This document shows, piece after piece, positions 45,505-57,100 of a DNA stretch of 64,000 nucleotides (position 1 is its first letter; every line of letters begins with the position of its first letter). The DNA is from an uncultured Bdellovibrio sp. (GTDB lineage Bacteria > Bdellovibrionota > Bdellovibrionia > Bdellovibrionales > Bdellovibrionaceae), in assembly GCA_963932905.1 (NCBI GenBank), contig CAWVRN010000003.1, positions 32,001 through 96,000 of the forward strand, written 5' to 3'. The notes under the pieces were generated by a model. It saw only the letters and a program-made list of their open reading frames with translations. It ran no database searches and was not told where the DNA came from. The position numbers were made by a program, and so were the translations under genes.

Positions 45505-46224
45505 ATGACTCAAATAAAAGTTCCTAGGGGAAACACCCAGAAAGGGGTGAACGAGACGGTTGTGCGTTTACTTAGCGAAAACGTTGACTTTACTGTTCCA
45601 AGTGTTTTGCTGGATATTCCGTGCGGTGCTGGTGAATTTGCTCGATATTTACAAAGTAGCTATCCACGTCTGAAAGTTGTCGGCGTTGATATAATAAAGC
45701 ACCCAGATGTAAATTTTGAATTTCACCAAATGGAAGCACATACGTATTTAAAAAATGTGAGCCCTGAAAGCTTTAATGTTATTACTTGCGTAAGTGGAAT
45801 TATGTGTTTTGATCAAATTAGGGATCTGTTTGCTTGTTTTCATGGAGCGTTGAATTCAAGTGGATTACTTATTGTAACAAATGATAACTTCATGACTGTG
45901 AGAGATAGGTTGAACTTTATTTTTTTTGGATGTTTTAAAAGATTTAAGTTAATTTATAATAACAATGAAGGAATATGGAATATTCTTCCGCCTCAAGCGC
46001 TAGCTATGCATTTAAGGAGAAATAATTTTAAGAATATTCGATTTGAATATGCATCAGTATATATGGAAGATTGGCCCTTAATTCCACTAGCGTTAATTGT
46101 TTATCCATTTTTTTTAACTTACTTGATTTTATTAAAAAGTGATCTATCAATTCGTGAACGTTTAAATTTGTTTCCCTTAAAATCGCTTATAGGCCGTCAT
46201 TATGTCGTTGTTGCACGCAAATAG
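45505..46224 (+). CDS. Class I SAM-dependent methyltransferase
   Basis: LLDIPCGAG, VVGVD, L...G.L. Confidence 0.8.
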   Translation: MTQIKVPRGNTQKGVNETVVRLLSENVDFTVPSVLLDIPCGAGEFARYLQSSYPRLKVVGVDIIKHPDVNFEFHQMEAHTYLKNVSPESFNVITCVSGIMCFDQIRDLFACFHGALNSSGLLIVTNDNFMTVRDRLNFIFFGCFKRFKLIYNNNEGIWNILPPQALAMHLRRNNFKNIRFEYASVYMEDWPLIPLALIVYPFFLTYLILLKSDLSIRERLNLFPLKSLIGRHYVVVARK

Positions 46225-46275
46225 ACTAGAAAAAGTAGATCAGGGTCTAGCAGAACCCAACCGTCAGGAGAGACC

Positions 46276-49200
46276 ATGTTAGATAGGATTATTAAATTTT
46301 CGCTCTCGCACCGAGTTTTCGTAGTTGCGTTGGCAGCCCTAATTCTAGCCTACGGCAGTTGGACCACTATTAATCTTCCGGTCGATGTTTTCCCTGACTT
46401 AAATCGCCCGACTGTAAATATAATGACAGAAGCGCCGGGTTTGGCTCCTGAGGAAGTTGAAACTCTTGTAACTTTTCCCCTTGAGACTGCACTTAACGGT
46501 TTACCAGGAGTTGAGCGCGTACGCTCTAGTTCTGGCGTTGGTTTAAGCATTGTTTACGTAGAATTTGAATGGGGCACGGATATATTTAGGAACCGGCAGT
46601 TGGTTCAAGAAAAATTAACTTTAGCAAAAGAGAAGATACCTAAAAACATCACTCCAATAATGGGCCCGATTTCGTCAATTATGGGAGAATTCCAACTGGT
46701 CGGATTAACTTCAAAAGATCCCAAGGTTAATCCGATGGACTTACGAACGATTGCCGATTGGACAATCAGACCTCGTTTATTAAGTATCCCGGGAATTGCT
46801 CAAGTTATCTCAATCGGTGGAGGGGTAAGGCAATATCAAATCCTACTTTCTGCTGAGAAGATGCAGCGTCTTCAGCTTCCCATGGATGATATCGAGAAAA
46901 ATCTTTCAATGATTAGTTTAAATTCTACTGGTGGATTTATAAACATCGAAAGAAATGAATCTTTAATTCGAGTTCTTGGGGCCATTCGAGATAAAAAGGA
47001 AATTCAAAACTCAGTTGTCGGAATGCATCTTGGACGCCCCGTTTTAGTAAAAGAAATTGCCGAAGTAAAGGAAGCGCCTCAAGTTATGCGGGGGGATGCC
47101 AGCGTAAACGCTAAATCCGGCGTCATTATGAGTATTCAAAAACAACCCGGCGCAAGCACTATTGAATTAACTGAAGAAATTGAAAAAGCCTTAAAAGATC
47201 TGCAAAAGACGCTGCCTGCGCACGTTGAACTTAATCCCCATTTATTCAAGCAAGCAAATTTTATTGAATCTTCTGTCGGTAATGTGAAGATTGCGCTACG
47301 CGATGGTATTATTCTTGTTATCATTGTGCTTTATATTTTTCTTCTTAATTTCCGAACTACTCTAATTACGGTCACTGCAATTCCATTATCTTTTGTAGTT
47401 ACTGCGATCGTATTTAAAATCTTTGGTATGTCCGTAAACACAATGACTCTGGGGGGGCTAGCCATTGCTATCGGTGAGCTAGTAGATGATGCCATTGTCG
47501 ATGTTGAAAACGTTTTTCGGCGGTTAAGAGAGAATAAACAAAGTGCAAACCCAAAAAATTCGCTCTTAGTTATTTATAAAGCGTCAAGCGAGGTTCGTAA
47601 CTCAATCGTTATTGCAACAATTATCGTTTGTTTAGTCTTCTTACCATTATTCAGCATGGGCGGAATCGAAGGAAAACTTTTCGTTCCATTGGGAGTTTCC
47701 TACGTAATATCACTTCTGGCGTCATTAGTTGTTTCATTAACCGTCACTCCGGCTTTATGCTCTTATCTTTTAACAAAAGGGAAGCTTCTAGAGCATAGCG
47801 ACGGCCCTTTGGTTCGCTTCTTAAAAAGAATTGATACTAAGATTTTGCACAAATCTTTGAAGCACCCCTACATCATTATTGGCTTCACAGGCGCTTTGTT
47901 TTTGGCATCGGTCGCATTAGCATTCACGATGGGACGTGATTTCTTGCCGAAGTTCAACGAAGGAACGGCAACGATTTCAATGATGGCCCAGCCTGGAATT
48001 TCTTTGGAGGAATCAAATAAACTTGGCCTTCAGGCCGAGAAGTTTATCCTACAGTCTTCAGAAGTAAAAGCTGTGTCACGTCGTACGGGGCGCGCCGAAC
48101 AAGATGAACATGCTGAGGGGGTACATTCTTCTGAGATTGATGTGGATTTTAACGAAGAAGGAAGACCTCGAGAAATCGTATTAAATGAAATCCGAACAAA
48201 TCTTTCGAAAATTGAAGGCGTTGTTGTTAACGTTGGTCAGCCTATTTCCCATCGTCTTGATCATTTATTATCGGGGGTTCGAGCTCAAATTGCGATTAAA
48301 GTTTTTGGTCCTGATTTAGCAACGTTAAGAGCGTCTGCCGCCGAAATAAAAAAATCTCTTGAAGGCACCGAGGGTCTTGTGGATCTTCAAATTGAACAGC
48401 AAGTTCTGATTCCCCAAGTGAAAATTCAACTGATGCGCGAAGAGGCGGCAAAATTTGGAATCGTCGTCGGAGATTTAGCTGGACTTATGGAAAAAGCTCT
48501 TCAGGGCGAAGTTGTTGGCCAAATTCTTGAGGGTCAAAGAAACATTGACGTCTTTATGCGTTTTGATGAAAAATCCAGATCTGATCTTGAACTCATCAAG
48601 AAAACCCCGATCAAAATCCTGCCTGACGGTTCGCGTGTCACGGTTGAAAAAGTAGCCGACGTTTTTGAATCCACAGGGCCAAATATTATTAACCGAGAAA
48701 ATGCGCAGCGAAGAATTGTTGTTTTAGGTAACTCTTCGGGCAGGGATCTTGATAGTCTTGTGACTGAAGTTCAAAGTAAAATAAATAAAAACGTAAAGTT
48801 AAAAGAAGGCTATTTCGTTACCTATGGCGGCCAGTTTGAAAGCCAACAAAAAGCCGCTCGTCTTATGACATTTTTAGCTATCTTATCGCTCCTGGGAATA
48901 TTTATAGTTTTATATATGCATTTTAAATCTTCATTTATTTCCGTACAGGTCATGCTGAATATTCCCATGGCTTTCATCGGTGGGATAATTGGAATATACT
49001 TAACAGATAAAACAGTTTCTGTAGCCAGCTTAGTTGCATTTGTTACTTTATGCGGTATTTCATCAAGAAATGGAATTATGATGATTTCGCACTACTTACA
49101 TTTAATGAAATACGAAGGTGAAAAATTTAGTGAGCACATGGTGATACGTGGATCTTTAGAGCGACTCATCCCAGTGTTGATGACCGCGTTAACGGCGATC

Positions 49201-49416
49201 TTAGGTTTGATCCCCTTTGCAATGGCAGGTGGGGAACCTGGAAAAGAAATTCTTCACCCAGTTGCCGTGGTTATTGTCGGCGGTCTAATCAGCTCGACGC
49301 TTTTGGATATGTTCGTAACTCCTGCCGTGTTCTACCATTTTGGTAAAGAATCTGCAGAGAGAAGTATTAAATTAACTGATGAAACAAATATCTTTGAAGG
49401 AGAAAAAAATGTTTAA
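46276..49416 (+). CDS. CzcA/CusA-family heavy-metal RND permease
   Basis: PVDVFPDL, GELVDDAIVDVEN, ERLIPVLMT. Confidence 0.92.
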   Translation: MLDRIIKFSLSHRVFVVALAALILAYGSWTTINLPVDVFPDLNRPTVNIMTEAPGLAPEEVETLVTFPLETALNGLPGVERVRSSSGVGLSIVYVEFEWGTDIFRNRQLVQEKLTLAKEKIPKNITPIMGPISSIMGEFQLVGLTSKDPKVNPMDLRTIADWTIRPRLLSIPGIAQVISIGGGVRQYQILLSAEKMQRLQLPMDDIEKNLSMISLNSTGGFINIERNESLIRVLGAIRDKKEIQNSVVGMHLGRPVLVKEIAEVKEAPQVMRGDASVNAKSGVIMSIQKQPGASTIELTEEIEKALKDLQKTLPAHVELNPHLFKQANFIESSVGNVKIALRDGIILVIIVLYIFLLNFRTTLITVTAIPLSFVVTAIVFKIFGMSVNTMTLGGLAIAIGELVDDAIVDVENVFRRLRENKQSANPKNSLLVIYKASSEVRNSIVIATIIVCLVFLPLFSMGGIEGKLFVPLGVSYVISLLASLVVSLTVTPALCSYLLTKGKLLEHSDGPLVRFLKRIDTKILHKSLKHPYIIIGFTGALFLASVALAFTMGRDFLPKFNEGTATISMMAQPGISLEESNKLGLQAEKFILQSSEVKAVSRRTGRAEQDEHAEGVHSSEIDVDFNEEGRPREIVLNEIRTNLSKIEGVVVNVGQPISHRLDHLLSGVRAQIAIKVFGPDLATLRASAAEIKKSLEGTEGLVDLQIEQQVLIPQVKIQLMREEAAKFGIVVGDLAGLMEKALQGEVVGQILEGQRNIDVFMRFDEKSRSDLELIKKTPIKILPDGSRVTVEKVADVFESTGPNIINRENAQRRIVVLGNSSGRDLDSLVTEVQSKINKNVKLKEGYFVTYGGQFESQQKAARLMTFLAILSLLGIFIVLYMHFKSSFISVQVMLNIPMAFIGGIIGIYLTDKTVSVASLVAFVTLCGISSRNGIMMISHYLHLMKYEGEKFSEHMVIRGSLERLIPVLMTALTAILGLIPFAMAGGEPGKEILHPVAVVIVGGLISSTLLDMFVTPAVFYHFGKESAERSIKLTDETNIFEGEKNV

Positions 49417-49801
49417 AAAAATAGTATTAGCGACGGTTCTGACGGTATCTCTTAATGTTTTTGCGCACGAAGGACATGACGAAGCGCCTGGATCACTAAA
49501 AGCCAATCACGGTGGAACTGTGAAGAAAGGTAAAGATATCAATTTAGAGTACGTCGTTTCTGGATCTGAAGTGAAACTCTTTCCGCTAAGTCATGAGGGA
49601 CAAGACTTGCCTCTGGCTGAAGTGAAATTGACTGCCACAAGTAAATTGCCGAAAGGAAAAGCAGTCCCTAGTAAACTTGAAGTCAAAGACAGCGCGTATG
49701 TGACTGAGATTGATTTTAAAGAGGCTTACCGAGTTGAAATGAATGTGGACGCTAGTCACAAAGGCAAGAAAAGCAGTTTTAAATTTCAGGTCGAAAAATA
49801 A
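49409..49801 (+). CDS. Secreted His-rich putative metal-binding protein
   Basis: AAGGAG RBS; VFA-HEGHD....ANHGG; resembles 45012..45440. Confidence 0.7.
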   Translation: MFKKIVLATVLTVSLNVFAHEGHDEAPGSLKANHGGTVKKGKDINLEYVVSGSEVKLFPLSHEGQDLPLAEVKLTATSKLPKGKAVPSKLEVKDSAYVTEIDFKEAYRVEMNVDASHKGKKSSFKFQVEK

Positions 49802-49817
49802 ATCATAAAGGATTGTT

Positions 49818-51059
49818 ATGAAACAGGCATTATTTTTAGCTACTTTTATTTCTATTTTGATTGGTGGTTTCAATTCACACGCTATAGAAGGAATGACAAG
49901 TATAGAAGATAAGCTTTATGTAAAGAACCCTGAACTTAGTGCCCTAAAGTTACAAACTGAATCTAGTAGTGCTCTGCTAACCGCAGCTAAATCCGCATTT
50001 TACCCGACCGTAAATGCTGTAGCTGGACGAGAACAAAATAAGACGGACGAGCTGATAGCCACGGAAAAAGGCACTGTGACCTACTTAGAAGGTAAACTAA
50101 ATCTCTTTAGCGGATTTAGAGACGTTTCAATAATTAATCAAAAAGGTGTGGAGCTTGAGTCATCTAAATTGGAATACGAACTGAAGAAACGAGAGCTTCG
50201 CCTCAGGCTGACTGAAGCCTTAAGTCAAATGATCTATGTCCATAAAGTCCAAAAAATATTAGAAGAAGAATTTAAGCTAACCCAGTCGCAAAAGCAAATG
50301 GCGGCAAGAAAAGTGGCAGCTGGCCTTACAGGCGACGTCGATAATTACGAATTCGACCTTCGGGAAAATGAAATTCAAATTGAGCTCAAGCAAATCAATC
50401 AACTTCACAATGAAGCTCATGAAGCATTAAATCAAATATTCGCAGAGAACGTTACGGATAATGATCTTGCAAGCATTGATTTTAGTTCATTTGAATCTCT
50501 TTCAAAGGCTTCAGTTCAAACTAAGGCCGAAGATACAATTGAATTTAAATTGGCGGAGCTGAATCGACTTAGAGTCGAATACGAACGGTCAGTAGTTAAG
50601 TCTGAATACATGCCTTCGGTAGATTTTTCTTATATGATGGGAAGAATTACGCCGACAGAGAGCTCCTCGATGCAGTTTAATGAATCCAAGTATTCTCTCT
50701 TACTTACTATTCCATTATTTTCAGGTTTTGATACGTATTATAAATCAAAATCAGCAGCACTTCTTTTACAATCGGCTGAACAAAGAAAACTGCAGGGGCG
50801 ACTTAACGCTACGGCCGACATAAATGTTCTTCAGTCGAAAATAACTGAACTTGGGGCGCTCTATCAGCTCAATGAGAAACGTCTTACTAGCGCTCAAAAG
50901 TATTTTGAACTGACTCTTACGGAGTATAGACGAGGAATTAAAAACTCTCCCGACTTAGTCGGCGCGACAGAAAGACTTTACTCATCAAAGAAGAGAAAGT
51001 TTGATTTACTCAAAGAGCTTGAAGTTCTTTCATTGCGAGTATTAAACCTAAAGTATTAA
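49818..51059 (+). CDS. TolC-family outer-membrane efflux protein
   Basis: NP.L, FYP.V, NLFSG; YMP.V, IPLFSG repeats. Confidence 0.88.
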   Translation: MKQALFLATFISILIGGFNSHAIEGMTSIEDKLYVKNPELSALKLQTESSSALLTAAKSAFYPTVNAVAGREQNKTDELIATEKGTVTYLEGKLNLFSGFRDVSIINQKGVELESSKLEYELKKRELRLRLTEALSQMIYVHKVQKILEEEFKLTQSQKQMAARKVAAGLTGDVDNYEFDLRENEIQIELKQINQLHNEAHEALNQIFAENVTDNDLASIDFSSFESLSKASVQTKAEDTIEFKLAELNRLRVEYERSVVKSEYMPSVDFSYMMGRITPTESSSMQFNESKYSLLLTIPLFSGFDTYYKSKSAALLLQSAEQRKLQGRLNATADINVLQSKITELGALYQLNEKRLTSAQKYFELTLTEYRRGIKNSPDLVGATERLYSSKKRKFDLLKELEVLSLRVLNLKY

Positions 51060-51086
51060 CCTAACAATTGATTAGGAGATCAGTCT

Positions 51087-51497
51087 TTACTTTTGCTCTC
51101 GGTTTCCTAGATCGCTCAAAATTGGACAATCCGGTCTATGATCACCATGACAATTTTTAGCCAAATGCTTCAATGTATTTACCATTTCTTGTAGCTCTAA
51201 AATTTTCTGTTCCATCTCTTCGATGTGTTTAACTGCAAGATTCTTCACCTCTGAGCTTGCGCGGCTCTTGTTGCGCCACAAACTAACGAGCTTTTTGATC
51301 TCTTTCATTGAAAAGCCAAGGTTCCGCGAGCGTTTCACAAAAGAAAGTATGTGAACATCTGGCTCTGAATAGGTTCGGTAGCCCGCATCGCTGCGGCTCG
51401 CCTTGGGAATAATACCTATAGATTCGTAATGACGAATGAGTTTAGCGTTTACGCCTGAAATTTTAGCTGCCTCTCCGATGTTAACAGACTTACTCAT
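51087..51497 (-). CDS. cueR: Cu(I)-responsive MerR-family regulator
   Basis: NIGEAAK.SG...IRHYE; GYR.Y; CHGDHRPDCPI loop. Confidence 0.93.
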   Translation of the reverse strand: MSKSVNIGEAAKISGVNAKLIRHYESIGIIPKASRSDAGYRTYSEPDVHILSFVKRSRNLGFSMKEIKKLVSLWRNKSRASSEVKNLAVKHIEEMEQKILELQEMVNTLKHLAKNCHGDHRPDCPILSDLGNREQK

Positions 51498-51542
51498 AAG
51501 ATCCTTTCTTGAAGACTACATAGAGCCTCAAAGATAGAATCA

Positions 51543-51573
51543 AATATAAAGCTTCCCACTATGGGAAGGTCAA
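51543..51573 (-). promoter_or_regulatory. CueR-box promoter for cueR: TTGACC-N19-TATATT with CTTCCCA-N3-TGGGAAG dyad
   Basis: 19-bp spacer containing the dyad. Confidence 0.85.
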
Positions 51574-51631
51574 GAGACGTCCTAGTTTAGACTTATCTCT
51601 ACCCTAGTGCATTAGAGATTGTTTTTTTCTA

Positions 51632-51662
51632 TTGACCTTCCAATAATTGGAAGGCGCATGAT
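51632..51662 (+). promoter_or_regulatory. CueR-box promoter for copA: TTGACC-N19-CATGAT with CCTTCCAAT-A-ATTGGAAGG dyad
   Basis: 19-bp spacer, perfect 9-1-9 dyad. Confidence 0.88.
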
Positions 51663-51679
51663 GTCTTTAAGGAGAACCT

Positions 51680-54109
51680 ATGGACCATTCACACAAAAAC
51701 CACAATCACGCTCATGGACACTCGCATTCAGGTGATCACGCATGCTGCTCCATCAAACCCCAGGAAAAGACCACTCCAACTCTTGTGAAAGATCCTGTTT
51801 GCGGAATGATGATTGATCCAGCCACAGCTAAAGGCGGTAGCACTCAGTACAAGGGTGAAACCTTTTATTTTTGTAATCCCAAATGCAAAACCAAATTTGA
51901 GGCCGAGCCATTGAAATATCTCTCACCAAAAGTGGAACCGCTTTCAAAAGCTGACTCTGAGGCGATCTACACTTGCCCGATGCACCCTGAAATCAGACAG
52001 AAGGGACCTGGCAATTGTCCTATTTGCGGGATGGCACTTGAGCCCGAAGAAGTGTCTTTAGGTGAAGTTGAAAATCCAGAACTTGTCGATTTTACTAAGA
52101 GACTCAAAGTCAGTATCCCTCTAACTATTCCTCTTTTGCTACTTGCTATGTCGGATCTTATTCCAGGGCAACCCGTACAGCACGCAATCCCTAACTGGAT
52201 AAATGCTGGAGTCCAATTTCTGTTCGCAACTCCTGTCGTGCTTTGGGCTGGATTCCCGTTCTTTGAAAGAGGCTGGGCGTCTCTGAAATCCCGAAACTTT
52301 AATATGTTCACGCTGATCGCACTAGGAACTGGCGTTGCTTATCTGTTCAGTCTAGTCGGCACATTTTTTCCTTCGGTTTTTCCAGATAGTTTGAAAGTTC
52401 ATGGCGGAATGGTGCCGCTCTATTATGAGGCTGCCGCAGTTATCACGGCCCTGGTTCTTCTCGGACAAGTTCTGGAACTTAGAGCAAGAAATAAAACTGG
52501 AAATGCGATTCGAGCGCTTTTAGGCCTTGCCCCGAAAACAGCTCGAAGAGTTAAGCCTGATGGTACAGAGGAAGATGTTCCGGTTGAACATATTCATGTC
52601 GGAGATTTGCTTCGCGTGCGCCCGGGCGAAAAAATTCCTGTTGATGGTGAAGTTACTGAGGGACGTAGTCTCATAGATGAATCAATGATTACGGGCGAAC
52701 CTATTCCAGTCGAAAAGGATTTAGGTGATAAAGTCACCGGAGGAACCGTCAATGGCACGGGTTCTTTTGTTATGCGTGCTACAAAGGTTGGGTCAGATAC
52801 ACTGCTCTCTCAAATCGTGAAGATGGTCTCTCAAGCCCAGCGAAGCCGCGCTCCTATCCAAAAACTTGCCGATACTGTTTCAGGATATTTTGTTCCTGCC
52901 GTTGTCTTGATTGCGATTTTGACGGCTCTTGTTTGGTACTTCGTAGGACCTGAGCCACAATTCACTCATGCTATTGTGAATGCAGTCGCAGTACTTATCA
53001 TTGCTTGTCCTTGTGCTTTGGGGCTTGCTACTCCTATGTCGATCATGGTCGGCACTGGTAAGGGCGCAAATCTTGGCGTCTTGATTAAAAACGCGGAAGC
53101 ACTTGAAGGCCTAGAGAAAATCACGACACTCGTTGTGGATAAAACAGGAACCCTCACTCTCGGCAAACCAAAATTAGCCGATGTGAAAACTTTAAATGGC
53201 TTTTCCGAATCTGATGCTCTTGCAGCCGTTGCTTCCCTTGAAAAATCAAGTGAACATCCTCTAGCTGAGGCCATTGTTCAGGGAGCAATTGAGCGAAATC
53301 TAAAACTCGAAAATGTCACAGATTTTGAATCTATCACTGGCATGGGAGTGAAAGGTAAAATTCAAGGCCGAACTCTCTTGGTCGGAAACAAAAAGCTTCT
53401 TGAGAAGTTCGGAATTGATTCTACCGAACTCTCTCAAATAGCAAAAGAACTTCAGAGCAGCGGCCACGGAGCAATGTTAGCGGCAATTGATGGAAAGCCT
53501 GCCGCCGTCATTGCAGTGAAAGATCCTATCAAAGAATCTGCAAAACCTGCGATTGAATACTTCCATTCAAAAGGCATTCAAGTCGTTATGGTCACAGGCG
53601 ACAACAGGCATACCGCTGAAGTCGTCGCAAAAGAAATGGGAATTGACCAGGTTGAGGCCGAAGTTCTTCCTCAGCAAAAGAATGAAATTATCAAAAGACT
53701 TAAATCTGAAGGAAAAATCGTCGCTATGGCAGGTGATGGCATCAACGATGCGCCTGCTTTAGCTCAAGCAGATATTGGGATCGCGATGGGTACAGGAACT
53801 GACGTTGCGATGGAAAGCGCTGGAGTCACTCTTGTTAAAGGTGATCTCACCGGCATCGTTCGCGCTCATCACTTGAGCCAAGCTACCATGAGAAATATCC
53901 ATCAGAATTTAATGTTTGCTTTTGGTTACAATGTACTTGGTGTTCCAATAGCTGCGGGACTTCTATATCCTGCATTTGGTATTTTATTGAGCCCAATGAT
54001 TGCTAGTCTCGCGATGAGCTTGAGTTCTGTTTCAGTTGTAGGAAATGCTCTTCGCCTTCATAAATCAAAATTTGACTATAGCATTCCTAGTACATCGCAG
54101 GGACACTAA
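51680..54109 (+). CDS. copA: Cu(I)/Ag(I) P1B-type ATPase with His-rich, YHS and YTCPMHP domains
   Basis: DPVCGM..FC..C; TGE; CPC; DKTGT; SEHP; GDGIND; YN and M..SS. Confidence 0.95.
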   Translation: MDHSHKNHNHAHGHSHSGDHACCSIKPQEKTTPTLVKDPVCGMMIDPATAKGGSTQYKGETFYFCNPKCKTKFEAEPLKYLSPKVEPLSKADSEAIYTCPMHPEIRQKGPGNCPICGMALEPEEVSLGEVENPELVDFTKRLKVSIPLTIPLLLLAMSDLIPGQPVQHAIPNWINAGVQFLFATPVVLWAGFPFFERGWASLKSRNFNMFTLIALGTGVAYLFSLVGTFFPSVFPDSLKVHGGMVPLYYEAAAVITALVLLGQVLELRARNKTGNAIRALLGLAPKTARRVKPDGTEEDVPVEHIHVGDLLRVRPGEKIPVDGEVTEGRSLIDESMITGEPIPVEKDLGDKVTGGTVNGTGSFVMRATKVGSDTLLSQIVKMVSQAQRSRAPIQKLADTVSGYFVPAVVLIAILTALVWYFVGPEPQFTHAIVNAVAVLIIACPCALGLATPMSIMVGTGKGANLGVLIKNAEALEGLEKITTLVVDKTGTLTLGKPKLADVKTLNGFSESDALAAVASLEKSSEHPLAEAIVQGAIERNLKLENVTDFESITGMGVKGKIQGRTLLVGNKKLLEKFGIDSTELSQIAKELQSSGHGAMLAAIDGKPAAVIAVKDPIKESAKPAIEYFHSKGIQVVMVTGDNRHTAEVVAKEMGIDQVEAEVLPQQKNEIIKRLKSEGKIVAMAGDGINDAPALAQADIGIAMGTGTDVAMESAGVTLVKGDLTGIVRAHHLSQATMRNIHQNLMFAFGYNVLGVPIAAGLLYPAFGILLSPMIASLAMSLSSVSVVGNALRLHKSKFDYSIPSTSQGH

Positions 54110-54139
54110 TTTAAACGATGCCGGTCAGGTTTGGGAATT

Positions 54140-57100
54140 TTAATGTACTGACGGTGTTCTTGCCGGGTCCACTTTCATATAGCGCTCGAAAATTAAATAC
54201 AAAGTCGGCAACACCAAAAGCGTAAGTGCCGTGGCAGAAAATAAACCACCGATAACAACGGACGCCAGCGGCCTTTGCACCTCCGCACCAACACCGGTTG
54301 ACACCATCATTGGTAGAAATCCAAACATTGCAACTAAGGCAGTCATAAGAACCGGCCGAAGCCTAAGCAGTGTTCCGTGTTTAACTAGCCCAACACCACG
54401 CAACCCTTTTAAATGTAAATCATTAAAACAATTTACGAGTACGATACCATTTAAAACTGAAATTCCCGAAAGCGCGATAAAACCAATCCCCGCAGAAATA
54501 CTGAAAGGAAGCCCGTTGAGTTTTAATCCTAAAACACCACCTACTAAAGCAAGCGGTACGCCTACAAATACAAGTGCTGTTTGAGGAAGACTTCTAAAAG
54601 CCCAAAACACCATTGCTAATACCAATAATAAAACGATGGGAGCAAAAATCAAAAGTCTTAAACGTGCCACTTGAAGATTTTTAAAATTTCCACCCCATTC
54701 AAGATAATATCCAGGAGGGATTTTAACTTTTTCTGCGACCTTTTTCTGGGCATTTAAAACAAAAGTCTCAGTATCAACTCCTCTTGGATTAATCATAACC
54801 GCAGTCCGGCGTTTAGACTGTTCGCGATTAATTGCTCCAAAAGTTTCATCAAAGCGAATGTCAGCAACTTGTTTAAGCGGAGCTGTGGCTCTTTCTCCAA
54901 CTTCCACGGGGAGATTTCTGACAAGCTCTAGATTCATACGGTCCGCTTCATTTAGACGTACAATAATAGGAAATCTTCTAACACCTTCGAAAATATGGCC
55001 TACTTCTTCGCCGCCCAAAGCAATGCCGACAGTTTCAAGCACTTCTTTTCCTGGAATACCTATGTTTGAAAGTAAACTAGCTTTCGGTATGATTCTAAGC
55101 ATAGGAGACGTTCCTTGAACTTCGACTTCAACATCCCCTGAACCTTTTACTTCACGTAGAGCCTTCGCAATTTGCTCTGAAATTTCAGTCATGGTCTCCA
55201 TCTCTTCACCGAAGACCTTGACTGACACATCTGCGCGAGTTCCCTCTAAGAGCTCATTGAAACGCATCTGTATAGGCTGACTAATAAGAACTCTTTGCCC
55301 TGCAATTTCTTCTTCAAGACGGGCTTGAATTTTAGAAGTCACTTCTGCCCACGTTTTACTTGCGCCTTCTCCTTTGGGCCATTCTGAACGATCTTTAAAC
55401 ATAATAAACGTATCCGCTAAATTTACGCCCATTGGATCTGTTGCTACTTCAGCAGTCCCTATTCGACTAAAAACCGTTTTTACTTCAGGAAATTCAGATA
55501 TGATTTTTTGCGACTTTTTCTGAAGAACTACGGATTGATCAATTCCGATATTAACGGGTCTTACAAACTGAAAAGTTCTAGAGGCTTCATCCATTTGAGG
55601 TAAGAACTCTCCTCCAAGGCGTGAGAACAAAAAGATTCCTAATATTAATGAAATAACCCCTACAGCTACAGTTGCTTTTCGAAATCGAACTGCTAACGCA
55701 AGAAATGGAGAATAAAGTCTTTCCGCTAGCTGCATCAGCCACGGCTCTTTTTCTTTAAGATCCCCTTTTAAAAATAAACTAGCTAAGGCTGGTACGGTAG
55801 AAAATGATAAGATTAACGCAGAGAAAACGGCAATAGCAAACGTAGCAGCCATCGGCTGAAACATTTTTCCCTCAATTCCTTGAAGCGCTAATACGGGCAA
55901 GAAAACCACTACAACTATCAGTTCACCAAAACCGGCTGCCGTTCTGATTTCAACTGTTGCGTTGTAGACCGTCGCTTGAACTTCATCACGACTTAGAGAT
56001 CGATTTAGATCTTTTGCCCTGTCCCTTATTTTTCTCACGCAGTGATCAAGAACAATGACCGCTCCGTCGACAATAATCCCAAAATCTAAAGCACCTAAAC
56101 TTAAAAGATTTCCGGAGATTCCAAACCGCTTCATCGCAATGAAAGTCAGCAGTAAAGATAATGGAATTACAAAGGCCGTTATTACGGCTGCTCTGATATT
56201 ACCTAACAGCAAGAGCAGTATGACAATAACAAGAGTAGCCCCAATTAAAAGATTATGCTCAATCGTACTTAAGGTCGCATTCACAAGCTCCGAGCGATCA
56301 TAAACTGGCGTGATTTTATAACCCGCTGGTAGACTCTCTTGAATTTCTTTTAGTCTTTCGGCAACTCGTGTTGAAACGATACGGGAGTTTTCTCCAAGAA
56401 GCATCATAGCTGTTCCAAGAACAGCTTCTTCTTCTCCCACCAGCGCAGCACCAGTCCTAAGTTCAGAGGCAAGCGTAACTTGTGCAATGTCTTTAATTAA
56501 AATTGATCGAAGGGAGTCGATATTTTTAACAGGTGTACTTTCAATATCTTCAACAGAGGTAAAAAGCCCATTACCTTGAACTATAAACTGTTCACTTGTT
56601 TGCTGGATATAACCCCCGCCAGTATTGCGGTTAGTATTTTCCAAAGCCTCAGTAATATCTTCAAAGCTAATTCCAAATTCTGTAAGCTTTCGAGGATTCG
56701 GTTGAATATGAAACTGCTTTTCAAAGCCCCCAATGGTATTTACTTCCGCCACTCCTGGAACTGTTAAAAGCCGAGGCTTTACAAGAAACTCTTGAATCGA
56801 GCGAAGTTCCATAAGTTGTTCTAGTCGTTTTTCACCCGTTTCTATTTTTGCTGCTTCAATTGTGTAAAAAAATATTTCCCCAAGCCCTGTCGTAATAGGT
56901 CCTAGTTTGGGTTGAGCCCCCTTAGGTAAATCAGACTGCACACTAATTAAACGCTCTGAGACCATCTGCCGAGCTCTATAAATATCCATACCGTCTTCAA
57001 AAACAACTACGACAACAGATAATCCAAAGCGACTCAGAGAACGAAGTTGTTCGACCCCCGCAATACCTGACATTGAAGTTTCAACAGGGTATGTAACAGT

